Assembly: GCA_002631855.1 (NCBI GenBank)
Contig: NTLF01000014.1
Location: 297,951 to 361,950 of the forward strand
Source of the DNA: Zunongwangia sp. ESRF-bin46
GTDB lineage: Bacteria > Bacteroidota > Bacteroidia > Flavobacteriales > Flavobacteriaceae
Direction of reading: 5' to 3'
DNA: 64,000 nucleotides
Shown: positions 1 through 8,857 of the stretch, one piece after another
How positions within the stretch are numbered: the stretch's first letter is position 1
Layout of the letters: each line of letters starts with the position of its first letter
Notes under the pieces: model-generated
What the model was told of the DNA's origin: nothing
What the model saw: the letters and a program-made list of their open reading frames with translations, nothing else
Database searches by the model: none
Made by a program: the position numbers and the translations under genes

Positions 1-65
1 AATTCAATAAAATGTATGCTGGTTTAGTTTAATGAAAGTTTTTTAATTATTGAATTCAATTTGTG

Positions 66-608
66 TTATTGATAATCAACATATCTAGGCGGAACAAATC
101 CGTTTAATCTCAAATAAACAAGCATTTGTCCTCTATGATGTGTTATATGGTCAGCAAGCAGTAATAAAATTTGTCTTTTCGTCCTTTTTAATCCAAAATA
201 ATCCAATTCGTCATCGAGTTCAGCTACATCAAATTCTGTAATTAGCTTTATTGTCTTATCAAAAGTTTCGTCAATTTTAGCAATCATCTCTTCTTTAGAT
301 TTATTGCTCGGCCTAAGTTCTGTGTCATTTTTCCAGTCTCTTGGTTCACGTCCACCCAATAAGGACTGACTATGCCAATCCATTGCCCAGCCTATATGCA
401 TTAAATTTTCTGCAAAGCTCTTTGATTCTGGTGTTGCTTTAAAATTATATTTATCACTTGGCATATTTTCTGCTACAAGAATTAAATACTTTTTTGAATT
501 TTCCAATCGCTCTAAGTAATCCTTAACAAAATCAGTTTGTTGAGCAAAAAGAGGTGAGCTAATTAAAGAAAATAAGGTTATGGATGTCAGAATAAAAAAG
601 CGTTTCAT
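66..608 (-). CDS. DinB/YfiT-like family protein with N-terminal signal peptide
   Basis: Signal peptide MKRFFILTSITLFSLISSPLFA; DinB-type motifs SFAENLMHI and HITHHRGQMLVYLRLNG. Confidence 0.85.
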   Translation of the reverse strand: MKRFFILTSITLFSLISSPLFAQQTDFVKDYLERLENSKKYLILVAENMPSDKYNFKATPESKSFAENLMHIGWAMDWHSQSLLGGREPRDWKNDTELRPSNKSKEEMIAKIDETFDKTIKLITEFDVAELDDELDYFGLKRTKRQILLLLADHITHHRGQMLVYLRLNGFVPPRYVDYQ

Positions 609-693
609 AATATACTTCGTTTAGGTTTTCAATGTACATAAAGTTTTGTTCAGCTTACGTAAAGCAACTATATAAAAAACAATTATCATTTAG

Positions 694-757
694 TAGCCTC
701 ACCAAGAATCACTTCGACAAGCTCAGCACAAGCTTCTATCCATTGAACTACGAGGCC
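694..757 (-). pseudogene. Disrupted tRNA (Arg-like); anticodon arm and 5' T arm replaced by a REP-like element
   Basis: Minus strand reads GGCCTCG TA GTTC AATGGATA GAA [GCTTGTGCTGAGCTTGTCGAAGT] GATT CTTGG TGAGGCT A: acceptor stem 1-7/66-72 pairs (two G-U), D arm with GG and A20, 3' T loop/stem and A73 are present, no anticodon arm. Confidence 0.75.
711..733. repeat. REP-like short palindromic element (CTTCGACnnGCTCAG family)
   Basis: ACTTCGACAAGCTCAGCACAAGC; core resembles the elements at 36357-36388 and 37947-38012. Confidence 0.65.
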
Positions 758-778
758 TTTTGTATATCCAAAATAACA

Positions 779-1474
779 CTACTTTTTTTTATCCCAATAA
801 ACATAGGCGCCAAAAGCAATTAAACAAACTAAAGAGCCCCACAACAGTCCATTTTTTAGGCTATCGGTATTTTGGCCTACAATGGCAATAAAAATAGTAA
901 GCGGCGTAATGCCCAACATCGTTGCACCAATAAAACGCCAGTACCCCATGTTTAATATTCCGCCAACGAAACTTATAGCATCATTAGACAAAAACGGATT
1001 AATACGAGTGACCACAACCGCCCAAAAACCGTAATCTTCAATAAAACCCTCAATTTTCTTTTCAGTTTTACTTCCTATAATTTTTTCAACTAAAATCTCA
1101 CCAAAATAACTACCAATAGCATATCCAACTGAAGACGCTGTGAATACTGAAAGTAAAATGATTAGACTTCCCCATATAGGACCATAGGCCAATACCGAAA
1201 CTACCATTAATGCTACAGAAGGGATTACAATTAAAAACATTTGTGCTACCATCGCCAAGATTAGCACCACTGGGCCTAACCAACCAAAGCCGGAAACCCA
1301 TTCTTCTATTCGCTTTTCATCATTACTAGTGAGAACCGTCCAAGCGTTATTAAAAAACTGTTCAACCGAAGGGATTGTGAAATAACAGATAACCAAAGTA
1401 GTTATTAATGCAATTGAAACATACAAAGGCAAGCGTCCTTTGCTTTTTGAAGAATCAATGTCGTTGTTACTCAT
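779..1474 (-). CDS. TVP38/TMEM64 (VTT/DedA-like) membrane protein
   Basis: Multi-TM; FLIVIPSVALMVVSVLAYGPIWG and RINPFLSNDAISFVGG motifs; ATG at 1474 preferred over the track TTG at 1486. Confidence 0.85.
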   Translation of the reverse strand: MSNNDIDSSKSKGRLPLYVSIALITTLVICYFTIPSVEQFFNNAWTVLTSNDEKRIEEWVSGFGWLGPVVLILAMVAQMFLIVIPSVALMVVSVLAYGPIWGSLIILLSVFTASSVGYAIGSYFGEILVEKIIGSKTEKKIEGFIEDYGFWAVVVTRINPFLSNDAISFVGGILNMGYWRFIGATMLGITPLTIFIAIVGQNTDSLKNGLLWGSLVCLIAFGAYVYWDKKK

Positions 1475-1489
1475 ATATCCTATCAAGTT

Positions 1490-2350
1490 TTATTTTAGTT
1501 CAACTTTTAAGATACTAGGCACACCCCCTGTTGCCTCATTTGAAATATATAATGTCCCGTCTGGGGAAAACGTAATCCCCTCTGGTTGATAAAACACTTT
1601 GTTATTTAATGGATATTCTTGTTTAGCAGTACCGTCTGGACTTACAATAATAATGCGTGGTTTTGTTCCTTGAAGGATATAAATTTCTTTAGTCTTAGGA
1701 TGAATGGCAATATCTGACGGACGGATTTTTTTTAACGTTTTCTGTATCTCTGCATCTTTAGAAGTAACTAATAATACCGGTTTTTCTAGTAATTTTTTGG
1801 TTTCTAAATCATAACTATAAATCCCTCTACCGTCATTATCAAAAGGCTCATGATCTTTAGCCATTAGTAAAAGTCTGTTGTTTTTTTGATCGGCCAAAAG
1901 CGTTTCGATGTTGTGTTTTTCTGAAAGAGGCAACTCATATTGATTAAAAACAGGTTCTTCACCTAGAAAATCAAGCAATTCAAAAATTTCACCGTCACTT
2001 CGTACCACATACATATTTTTACCCATCAAGGCCAATCCTTCATAATCGCCATCTCCCGCAAATTTAACTTGACCGTCCAGTTTTTTAGTTTTTAGGTTGT
2101 AAAAAAAGACAATTCCCACCTCATCTTGAATACACGCGATGCGACCATCTTCCAGCCATACGATTCCTGATATTTCTTCAAGAATACTGGGTAATTCCCA
2201 GCTTTCAACCACTTCTTGTGTAGAATCCAGCGCAACTCTTTTTTTCTCGATACGGGTTTTATAAAAATGATAAAACAAAAAAGATATAGCGATTATTACA
2301 ACAGCAAGAAAGGCTACTATTTTATTCATGTGCTTAGACAACGAATGCAT
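1490..2350 (-). CDS. SdiA-regulated/YjiK-like beta-propeller protein, membrane anchored
   Basis: N-terminal TM; LEEISGIVW, GDYEGLA, QPEGITFSPDGTLYISNE repeats; alternative start 2329. Confidence 0.8.
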   Translation of the reverse strand: MHSLSKHMNKIVAFLAVVIIAISFLFYHFYKTRIEKKRVALDSTQEVVESWELPSILEEISGIVWLEDGRIACIQDEVGIVFFYNLKTKKLDGQVKFAGDGDYEGLALMGKNMYVVRSDGEIFELLDFLGEEPVFNQYELPLSEKHNIETLLADQKNNRLLLMAKDHEPFDNDGRGIYSYDLETKKLLEKPVLLVTSKDAEIQKTLKKIRPSDIAIHPKTKEIYILQGTKPRIIIVSPDGTAKQEYPLNNKVFYQPEGITFSPDGTLYISNEATGGVPSILKVELK

Positions 2351-2458
2351 AATTAAATTACGTTTTAGAAGGAAATCAAAAATACGTATTAAAATAGAGC
2401 AATTAACCTAATGATTTGTTATAAAACCGTTTGTATAGGATACAGTATAGAAGAAAAC

Positions 2459-2491
2459 AAAAAAACCTCTCTGAAAACAGAGAGGTTTTTT
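2459..2491 (-). terminator. Intrinsic terminator downstream of tRNA-Asn (A/T runs on both sides)
   Basis: AAAAAAA CCTCTCTG AAAA CAGAGAGG TTTTTT perfect 8-bp stem. Confidence 0.85.
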
Positions 2492-2492
2492 G

Positions 2493-2566
2493 CTCCTCCT
2501 CTTGGACTCGAACCAAGGACACCCTGATTAACAGTCAGGTGCTCTAACCAACTGAGCTAAGGAGGA
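2493..2566 (-). tRNA. tRNA-Asn (GTT)
   Basis: TCCTCCTTAGCTCAGTTGGTTAGAGCACCTGACTGTTAATCAGGGTGTCCTTGGTTCGAGTCCAAGAGGAGGAG; full cloverleaf, anticodon loop CT-GTT-AA, G73, CCA not encoded. Confidence 0.97.
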
Positions 2567-2634
2567 ATTTAATTTTTATGTCTTTTTTGAACGTTTACCT
2601 AACTAAAACTTTGGTAAGTATTGTTAGGCGGGTG

Positions 2635-2664
2635 CAAATATACCTAATTTTTAATTTCATCAAA
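2635..2664 (-). promoter_or_regulatory. Bacteroidota primary-sigma promoter for tRNA-Asn
   Basis: TTTG (2664-2661), 18-nt spacer, TATATTTG (2642-2635). Confidence 0.7.
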
Positions 2665-2728
2665 ATAAATCTGAAAATTTTTTTAATGAATTTCAATGAT
2701 TAAAAGGAACACAAAGCAAGATACTATT

Positions 2729-4054
2729 TTACTCAAAGAGCCAACGGTAAATATCATTTCCGTTTGCGAACAGCACCAATGCTATTAACAGGAAGAAACC
2801 AACCATTTGTGCATACTCCATAAACTTATCGCCCGGTTTGCGGCCGCTTATCATTTCATATAACAAAAACATGACATGACCTCCATCCAATGCTGGGATT
2901 GGAAGAATATTCATAAACGCTAAAATGATAGAGATTAAAGCAGTGGTTTCCCAGAAGCTTAACCAATTCCAAGTATCGGGGAACAAACTTCCTATCGCTC
3001 CAAACCCACCAACTTGTGTGGCGCCTTTTGCGGTGAAAACATATTTAAATTGTGTAACGTAATCTGTTAAAACGTTGTAACCATAGCTTATTCCGCCAGT
3101 AATACTTTCTCCTAAACCATACTTTATTTTAGTGCCATTACCAGCCAATTCTTTAGCATAGTTATTTACACCTATTTGCCCAGTTTCGTTTGGTGTTACG
3201 GTAAGAGTTTCTAGTGTATTATTCCTTGAAACCACTATTGTGTTTTCAGTGTCTTTATTTGCTTTTACCAATGAGGTAAACTGATGCCAATGTCCAACTT
3301 TGGTTCCATTAACAGAAACAATACTATCTCCATTTTTAAAACCGGCTGCCATCGCTGGATAATCCGCTGCTACGGTGTCAATTACCGCATTTCGCATCGG
3401 GTTGAAAGGACGTAACACATCCTGCTGAAACATTTTTGTCCCGATATCTTCAGGCATTGCAATTGTTTCTGTTGTTCCATCGCTGTGTTCAACAGTAATA
3501 TTTTGAACATCCCTTAAAAATAAATGCTTGTTTATTAAAGTAACATCTTCAAAATCCTTTCCGTTTACTTGTAAAATATGGTCACCGTCCTGAAAGCCCA
3601 TTTCTTTAAAAGTATCGGCTACTGCAAAACCTCTAGGAATATCATCATTTGTAATTATTGTGGTTCCATTAAAAAATAGAATTCCCATATAAATTACAAA
3701 TCCAACGATAATATTAACAGTCACACCGCCCAACATAATAATCAATCGTTGCCAAGTTGGCTTGCTTCTAAACTCCCAAGGTTCGGGTGGTTTCTCCATT
3801 TGTTCTTTGTCCATGCTCTCATCGATCATACCGGATATTTTTACATATCCGCCCAATGGCAACCAACCAATACCGTAAACGGTTTCGCCTATTTTCTTTT
3901 TGAAAAGGGCAAATTTTACATCAAAAAAGAGGAAAAACTTCTCAACACGGGTTTTAAATAACTTCGCTGGGATAAAATGCCCCAGTTCGTGCAATACAAT
4001 CAATATAGATAAGCTTAATAATAGCTGGATTGCTTTAACGGCAAATGGACTCAT
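2729..4054 (-). CDS. rseP: RIP metalloprotease RseP (M50, PDZ domains)
   Basis: HELGH zinc motif, LGGYVKI, NILPIPALDGGH. Confidence 0.95.
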   Translation of the reverse strand: MSPFAVKAIQLLLSLSILIVLHELGHFIPAKLFKTRVEKFFLFFDVKFALFKKKIGETVYGIGWLPLGGYVKISGMIDESMDKEQMEKPPEPWEFRSKPTWQRLIIMLGGVTVNIIVGFVIYMGILFFNGTTIITNDDIPRGFAVADTFKEMGFQDGDHILQVNGKDFEDVTLINKHLFLRDVQNITVEHSDGTTETIAMPEDIGTKMFQQDVLRPFNPMRNAVIDTVAADYPAMAAGFKNGDSIVSVNGTKVGHWHQFTSLVKANKDTENTIVVSRNNTLETLTVTPNETGQIGVNNYAKELAGNGTKIKYGLGESITGGISYGYNVLTDYVTQFKYVFTAKGATQVGGFGAIGSLFPDTWNWLSFWETTALISIILAFMNILPIPALDGGHVMFLLYEMISGRKPGDKFMEYAQMVGFFLLIALVLFANGNDIYRWLFE

Positions 4055-4207
4055 ATTACTTTATAAAATTAGCGTACAAAAGTAATCTTTTATACCCGCT
4101 TATAAAAATTAATGCAAAACTTGTAGAAACATCTTCTAAAACTTTTAACGCTTAGAGCTTTACCATTTGTTTATTAGGCAGTAATTTTGCAAAAATCAAT
4201 ACAGAAT

Positions 4208-4879
4208 ATGCTTCAATTTTTTGCAAAGTATAAGTTTTTTGGCATTGTAATGCTTGTTCTTTCAGCTATTATAATCACGATTATTTATAATGTTTACACC
4301 ATTGATGAAGGGAAAGTATTACCTGTCTATCAGCCTAATGACGTGACAGCTGAGCTGGTTGACACAACAGTGCAGCACGTTAAAAAATACCACAAAATTG
4401 CAGACTTTTCACTGACCAATCAAAATGGGCAAACCGTCACCCAAGAAGATTATAAAAACAAGATTTATGTAGCCGATTTCTTTTTCACTACCTGCCAAAC
4501 CATTTGCCCAATAATGACGGATCATATGGTTAAAATTCAGGAAAAAGTGAAAAACGATCCCAACATTATGTTGCTTTCACACTCGGTTACCCCAAAGATA
4601 GATACCGTAGCACAGCTTAAAAAATATGCTTTGGAAAAAGGGGTAAACGATAAAAAATGGAACTTAGTCACTGGTGATAAAAAAGAGATTTACGATTTGG
4701 CTCGAAAATCATACCTCGCCGCAAAAGACACGCCTTACAATGAGTACGATTTAATCCACACCGAAAACTTTGTATTGGTCGATAAGAAGAAACGTATTCG
4801 CGGGTTTTATGACGGCACAGACCCCGAAGCCATTGAAGAATTAATGGATGATATTGAAATATTGGAAAAAGAAAAATAA
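4208..4879 (+). CDS. SCO1/SenC family copper chaperone
   Basis: FFFTTCQTICP (CxxxC) and LIHTENFVLVD; the track TTG at 4187 lies inside the -7 box TAATTTTG (4182-4189), so ATG 4208 is preferred. Confidence 0.9.
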   Translation: MLQFFAKYKFFGIVMLVLSAIIITIIYNVYTIDEGKVLPVYQPNDVTAELVDTTVQHVKKYHKIADFSLTNQNGQTVTQEDYKNKIYVADFFFTTCQTICPIMTDHMVKIQEKVKNDPNIMLLSHSVTPKIDTVAQLKKYALEKGVNDKKWNLVTGDKKEIYDLARKSYLAAKDTPYNEYDLIHTENFVLVDKKKRIRGFYDGTDPEAIEELMDDIEILEKEK

Positions 4880-4961
4880 CACATCCGTTTAAAGCGCTTC
4901 TAAAAGAATACTTTATCACTTTAAAACCTTGCAAAGCAATCCTAATTACCTTATTTTTGCG

Positions 4962-4984
4962 TTGTTTAAAATCAATCTAAATAA
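4962..4984. promoter_or_regulatory. Fur-like operator upstream of feoA
   Basis: TTGTTTAAAATCAATCTAAATAA, 3 mismatches to palindrome TTATTTAGAAT-N-ATTCTAAATAA; lies between -7 box TATTTTTG (4952-4959) and the ATG. Confidence 0.65.
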
Positions 4985-4989
4985 AGATA

Positions 4990-5214
4990 ATGGGTACAAT
5001 CGCCACACTTAAAAAAGGGCAACGGGCTATCATCAAAGAGTTTTCGGTAGAACACGTTCCGCTTAAATTACTTGAAATGGGCTGCTTGCCCGGCAACGAA
5101 GTGGCATTGGTACAATCCGCGCCTTTTCAAGACCCTATGTACCTCAATATTAATGGAAGCCATTTAGCCATTAGAAAAGAAACTGCTGCACTTATTGAAA
5201 TTGAATTATTGTAA
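4990..5214 (+). CDS. feoA: Ferrous iron transport protein A
   Basis: SH3-like FeoA: KLLEMGCLPG, APFQDP, LAIRK; directly upstream of feoB. Confidence 0.95.
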   Translation: MGTIATLKKGQRAIIKEFSVEHVPLKLLEMGCLPGNEVALVQSAPFQDPMYLNINGSHLAIRKETAALIEIELL

Positions 5215-5217
5215 TCT

Positions 5218-7317
5218 ATGGCTAGACAAATTAATGTAGCTCTTATTGGAAACCCTAACACAGGAAAAACTTCTGTTTTTAACCGTCTAACCGGATTAAA
5301 TCAAAAAGTAGGGAATTATCCAGGTATCACCGTTGAAAAAAAACAAGGCCTTTGTAAGTTGGATCGTGGTTTAAAAGCTCATATTATTGATCTTCCCGGA
5401 ACTTACAGTTTAAATGCCTCTTCAGTTGATGAAAATGTAGTGATTGAATTACTACTCAACAAAAACGATAAGGATTTCCCCGATGTTGCAGTAGTAGTGG
5501 CCGATGTAGAAAACTTAAAAAGAAACCTGCTTCTATTTACCCAAATAAAAGATTTAGGCATTCCAGCTGTTCTCGCCATTAATATGGCCGATAGAATGAA
5601 ACGCAAGGCTATTTCTTTAGACATTGAAGCACTTGAACAAAAACTGGAAACCAAAATTGCCTTAGTAAGTTCGCGTAAAAATGAAGGCTTTGACAACCTT
5701 AAAGAGCTTATTACAAATTATGGACAACTTTCCACCAAGCCTTGTGTAAATGCTTCCCGAATTGCACCTGAATACTTTGAAAGGCTACGAAAAGCATTCC
5801 CTAATCAAGAATTGTATAAACTGTGGTTGGTCATCACCCAAGATGTTAACTTCGGAACATTAACTAGAAACGAATTAAAAGGTGTAGCTAGTTTTCAAAC
5901 AGAATCGAAAAGCAACCTGAAACGACTTCAGCAAAAAGAAACCATTGCCCGCTATCAATTTATAAACAGCGTGTTAAAAGAAACGCTTACTGTTGATACG
6001 GCTAATGCGAAAGATTTTAGAAGCCGGATGGACCGAGTCCTTACCCATAAAGTTTGGGGCTACGTTATTTTCTTTGCCATCCTCATGCTTATTTTCCAAG
6101 CTATTTTTGATTGGAGCAGCTACCCAATGGATTTTATTGATAGCACTTTCGCTTCTTTGAGCGAGTGGATAAAAAATTCGCTTCCACCAGGCGATTTTAC
6201 TAATTTGATTGCCGAAGGAATCATCCCTGGAATAGGTGGAATTGTCATTTTTATTCCGCAGATTGCCTTTCTATTCCTCTTTATTTCCATTTTAGAAGAA
6301 ACTGGTTACATGAGTCGTGTCGTATTTTTAATGGACCGAATTATGCGCCGTTTTGGATTGAGCGGTAAGAGTGTCGTTCCTTTAGTTTCGGGTACTGCTT
6401 GTGCTATTCCGGCAATTATGGCTACCCGAAACATTGAAAACTGGAAAGAACGGTTAATCACTATTTTGGTTACCCCTTTTACCACATGTTCGGCCCGGTT
6501 GCCAGTGTATCTTATTATTATTGCTTTGGTAATTCCCGATGAACGGGTATTAGGAATATTCAGTTTACAAGGAATCACCTTGATGATTATGTATCTTATT
6601 GGGTTTGGCGCCGCAATTGGCTCGGCTTGGTTATTGGATAAATTTCTTAAAATACCTGGCCGCTCGTTTTTTGTTATTGAAATGCCTAATTACAAAATTC
6701 CGCTTCCTAAAAATGTATTGATTACCGTTGTTGAAAAGACCAAATCCTTTGTTTTAGGTGCTGGTAAAATCATTTTAGCTATTTCCATTATATTATGGGT
6801 GTTAGCATCTTATGGACCGGGGGACTTTAATAACGCTGAAGAAATTGTAACTGCTGAAAGTAGTGGGCAAAACCTTACACAAGAAGAGCTGGACACTAAA
6901 ATAGCTTCCTTTAAGTTAGAGAATTCTTATATTGGTATGATGGGTAAAGGCATTGAGCCTGCCGTAAGACCTTTAGGGTATGACTGGAAAATAGGAATCG
7001 CCATTGTGAGTTCGTTTGCTGCCCGTGAAGTATTTGTAGGGACACTTGCCACTATTTATAGTGTAGGTAGTGAAGAAGAAGAAACTATAAAAAACCGAAT
7101 GGCCGCCGAAACAAACCCTGTTTTAGGCACACCGTTGTTCAATTTTGCGAGTGGTGTATCGTTATTACTGTTTTATGCTTTTGCAATGCAGTGTATGAGC
7201 ACCTTGGCTATTGTTAAACGGGAAACCAACAGTTGGAAATGGCCTATGTATCAATTGTTTATTATGAGTGGTATCGCTTATGTATTGGCATTGGCTGCCT
7301 TTCAACTATTGAAATAA
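5218..7317 (+). CDS. feoB: Ferrous iron transport protein B
   Basis: G1 GNPNTGKT, NYPGITVE, G3 DLPG, G4 NMAD, gate/core TM domains with PFTTCSAR. Confidence 0.97.
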   Translation: MARQINVALIGNPNTGKTSVFNRLTGLNQKVGNYPGITVEKKQGLCKLDRGLKAHIIDLPGTYSLNASSVDENVVIELLLNKNDKDFPDVAVVVADVENLKRNLLLFTQIKDLGIPAVLAINMADRMKRKAISLDIEALEQKLETKIALVSSRKNEGFDNLKELITNYGQLSTKPCVNASRIAPEYFERLRKAFPNQELYKLWLVITQDVNFGTLTRNELKGVASFQTESKSNLKRLQQKETIARYQFINSVLKETLTVDTANAKDFRSRMDRVLTHKVWGYVIFFAILMLIFQAIFDWSSYPMDFIDSTFASLSEWIKNSLPPGDFTNLIAEGIIPGIGGIVIFIPQIAFLFLFISILEETGYMSRVVFLMDRIMRRFGLSGKSVVPLVSGTACAIPAIMATRNIENWKERLITILVTPFTTCSARLPVYLIIIALVIPDERVLGIFSLQGITLMIMYLIGFGAAIGSAWLLDKFLKIPGRSFFVIEMPNYKIPLPKNVLITVVEKTKSFVLGAGKIILAISIILWVLASYGPGDFNNAEEIVTAESSGQNLTQEELDTKIASFKLENSYIGMMGKGIEPAVRPLGYDWKIGIAIVSSFAAREVFVGTLATIYSVGSEEEETIKNRMAAETNPVLGTPLFNFASGVSLLLFYAFAMQCMSTLAIVKRETNSWKWPMYQLFIMSGIAYVLALAAFQLLK

Positions 7318-7398
7318 TTGAAAAATTCACCTAATGTTAGGTTATAAAACAGATTTCGACCAAAAAATGCTATTAAAAATTAAAATACGATAAAGATT

Positions 7399-7560
7399 AT
7401 GCAGACGATATTGGTACTTATAACATTTTTAATCGCAGCAGGCTATTTGCTGAAAAAATTTGTCTGGAACCCTTTAACTGAAAAAAGAAGGCAAACCACT
7501 GCGGGCACGCTCGATGGAGGCAACACTAAATGTGGTAAAAACGATTGTGGCTGCCACTAA
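7399..7560 (+). CDS. FeoB-associated Cys-rich small membrane protein (53 aa, not in the ORF track)
   Basis: MQTILVLITFLIAAGYLLKKFVWNPLTEKRRQTTAGTLDGGNTKCGKNDCGCH: TM helix plus CxxxxCxCH tail, downstream of feoB. Confidence 0.8.
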   Translation: MQTILVLITFLIAAGYLLKKFVWNPLTEKRRQTTAGTLDGGNTKCGKNDCGCH

Positions 7561-7982
7561 TTATCATACGCGCAAACCAAAAGCGTATATCCATTTTCTT
7601 TTTTATCCTTTTCTGTATTTGGGTACGGAGTTACCTTTATTCCTTCTAGCTTAACTTTTGAAGAAGTAAAGAAAGTATGGTTTTTCTGTTCTTTAGGCTG
7701 TGTTTTTCCAAAAATTATAGTTTCTTCAACTGCTTTTTTTCCCTCTTCTTCGATTTTAACCTTTATCCTTACCCTACCTTCCCAAACGCAAGTAGCACTT
7801 GTTGGGCAACGGGAATCTTCCAACACCTCTAAAAAAGTCACAGAGTAACCATTGGTTTCGATTGTTTCACCTAATTGTATTTTTATAACGATTTTTGGTA
7901 CATCTAAAGGTTTATCTGTGTTTTCTTGTGAAAAAGCCGTCGCTGTAACGACTAAAAGTAATAAAGCAACTATTTTTTTCAT
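7557..7982 (-). CDS. Hypothetical secreted protein with DSRCPxxxxC motif
   Basis: Signal peptide MKKIVALLLLVVTATAFS from ATG 7982 (track start 8027); VLEDSRCPTSATCVWEG. Confidence 0.75.
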   Translation of the reverse strand: MKKIVALLLLVVTATAFSQENTDKPLDVPKIVIKIQLGETIETNGYSVTFLEVLEDSRCPTSATCVWEGRVRIKVKIEEEGKKAVEETIIFGKTQPKEQKNHTFFTSSKVKLEGIKVTPYPNTEKDKKENGYTLLVCAYDN

Positions 7983-8032
7983 AGTAATTCTATTTTCAAC
8001 TTTAAAGGTAAAGAAACATAATGACAAATAGA

Positions 8033-8854
8033 TTAGCCAAGTCCTACGTCTAATGTCATCATTATTATAAATCCTCCAATAAACCCAAGGGTTGCGATGT
8101 CTGCGTTACCGGCTCGTTGTGTTTCAGGAACAACTTCTTCGATAACAACAAATATCATAGCTCCTGCAGCAAAAGCCAGTGCATATGGCAAAATAGGCTG
8201 AAACGTCAGTACTGCCCAAGCCCCTAAAACAGCTGCAATAGGTTCTACAATCGCAGAAGATTGTCCGTACATAAAACTTTTCTTTCTACTCATACCCATA
8301 CCTCGTAATGGCATGGAAACGGCAATACCTTCGGGAAAGTTTTGCAAACCAATCCCCATTGCTAATGCAACAGCACCTCCAATAGTGGCTCCGTCAAACC
8401 CAGCAGCAACCCCTCCAAATAACACTCCCACAGCCAATCCTTCTGGGATATTGTGTAGGGTTATGGCCAAAGTCAACAACGTTGTTTTATGCCAAGGCGT
8501 TTTAATTCCTTCTTTTTCAGATTCTTTAAAATTTATGTGTAAGTGAGGTAAAACCTTATCCAGCCCAAACAAAAATAGAGCGCCTAATAAAAATCCTACA
8601 GCCGCGGGAATTACTTTTACAAATCCTTCGCCAGGGCTCATTTCAATGCCGGGCGCCAATAAACTCCAAAAACTTGCCGCTACCATAACGCCACCTGTAA
8701 AACCAAGCATACCGTCTAACGCCACACGGTTCATGTTTTTAAAAAAGAACACCAAAGAAGCTCCTAATGCTGTTAAGCCCCAGGTAAACAAAGTAGCGTA
8801 TAAAGCCGCTAAAATGGGGTCTATTGATTCAAAATAGTCTATTATTTGTTCCAT
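8033..8854 (-). CDS. ZIP family (ZupT/GufA-like) divalent metal transporter
   Basis: ITLHNIPEGLAVG and IGLQNFPEG signatures. Confidence 0.93.
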   Translation of the reverse strand: MEQIIDYFESIDPILAALYATLFTWGLTALGASLVFFFKNMNRVALDGMLGFTGGVMVAASFWSLLAPGIEMSPGEGFVKVIPAAVGFLLGALFLFGLDKVLPHLHINFKESEKEGIKTPWHKTTLLTLAITLHNIPEGLAVGVLFGGVAAGFDGATIGGAVALAMGIGLQNFPEGIAVSMPLRGMGMSRKKSFMYGQSSAIVEPIAAVLGAWAVLTFQPILPYALAFAAGAMIFVVIEEVVPETQRAGNADIATLGFIGGFIIMMTLDVGLG

Positions 8855-8857
8855 ATA

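Noticed and set aside
632-823. 63-aa plus-strand ORF in the track
   Set aside because: Runs antisense across the tRNA remnant and the TVP38 stop; no protein features
2350-2730. tRNA-Asn as an island integration site
   Set aside because: No integrase and no duplicated tRNA-Asn 3' end seen in the window
7329-7342. Palindrome ACCTAA-TG-TTAGGT after feoB as a DtxR box
   Set aside because: Half-sites are in the opposite order to DtxR-type boxes and no promoter is evident; single short AT-rich match
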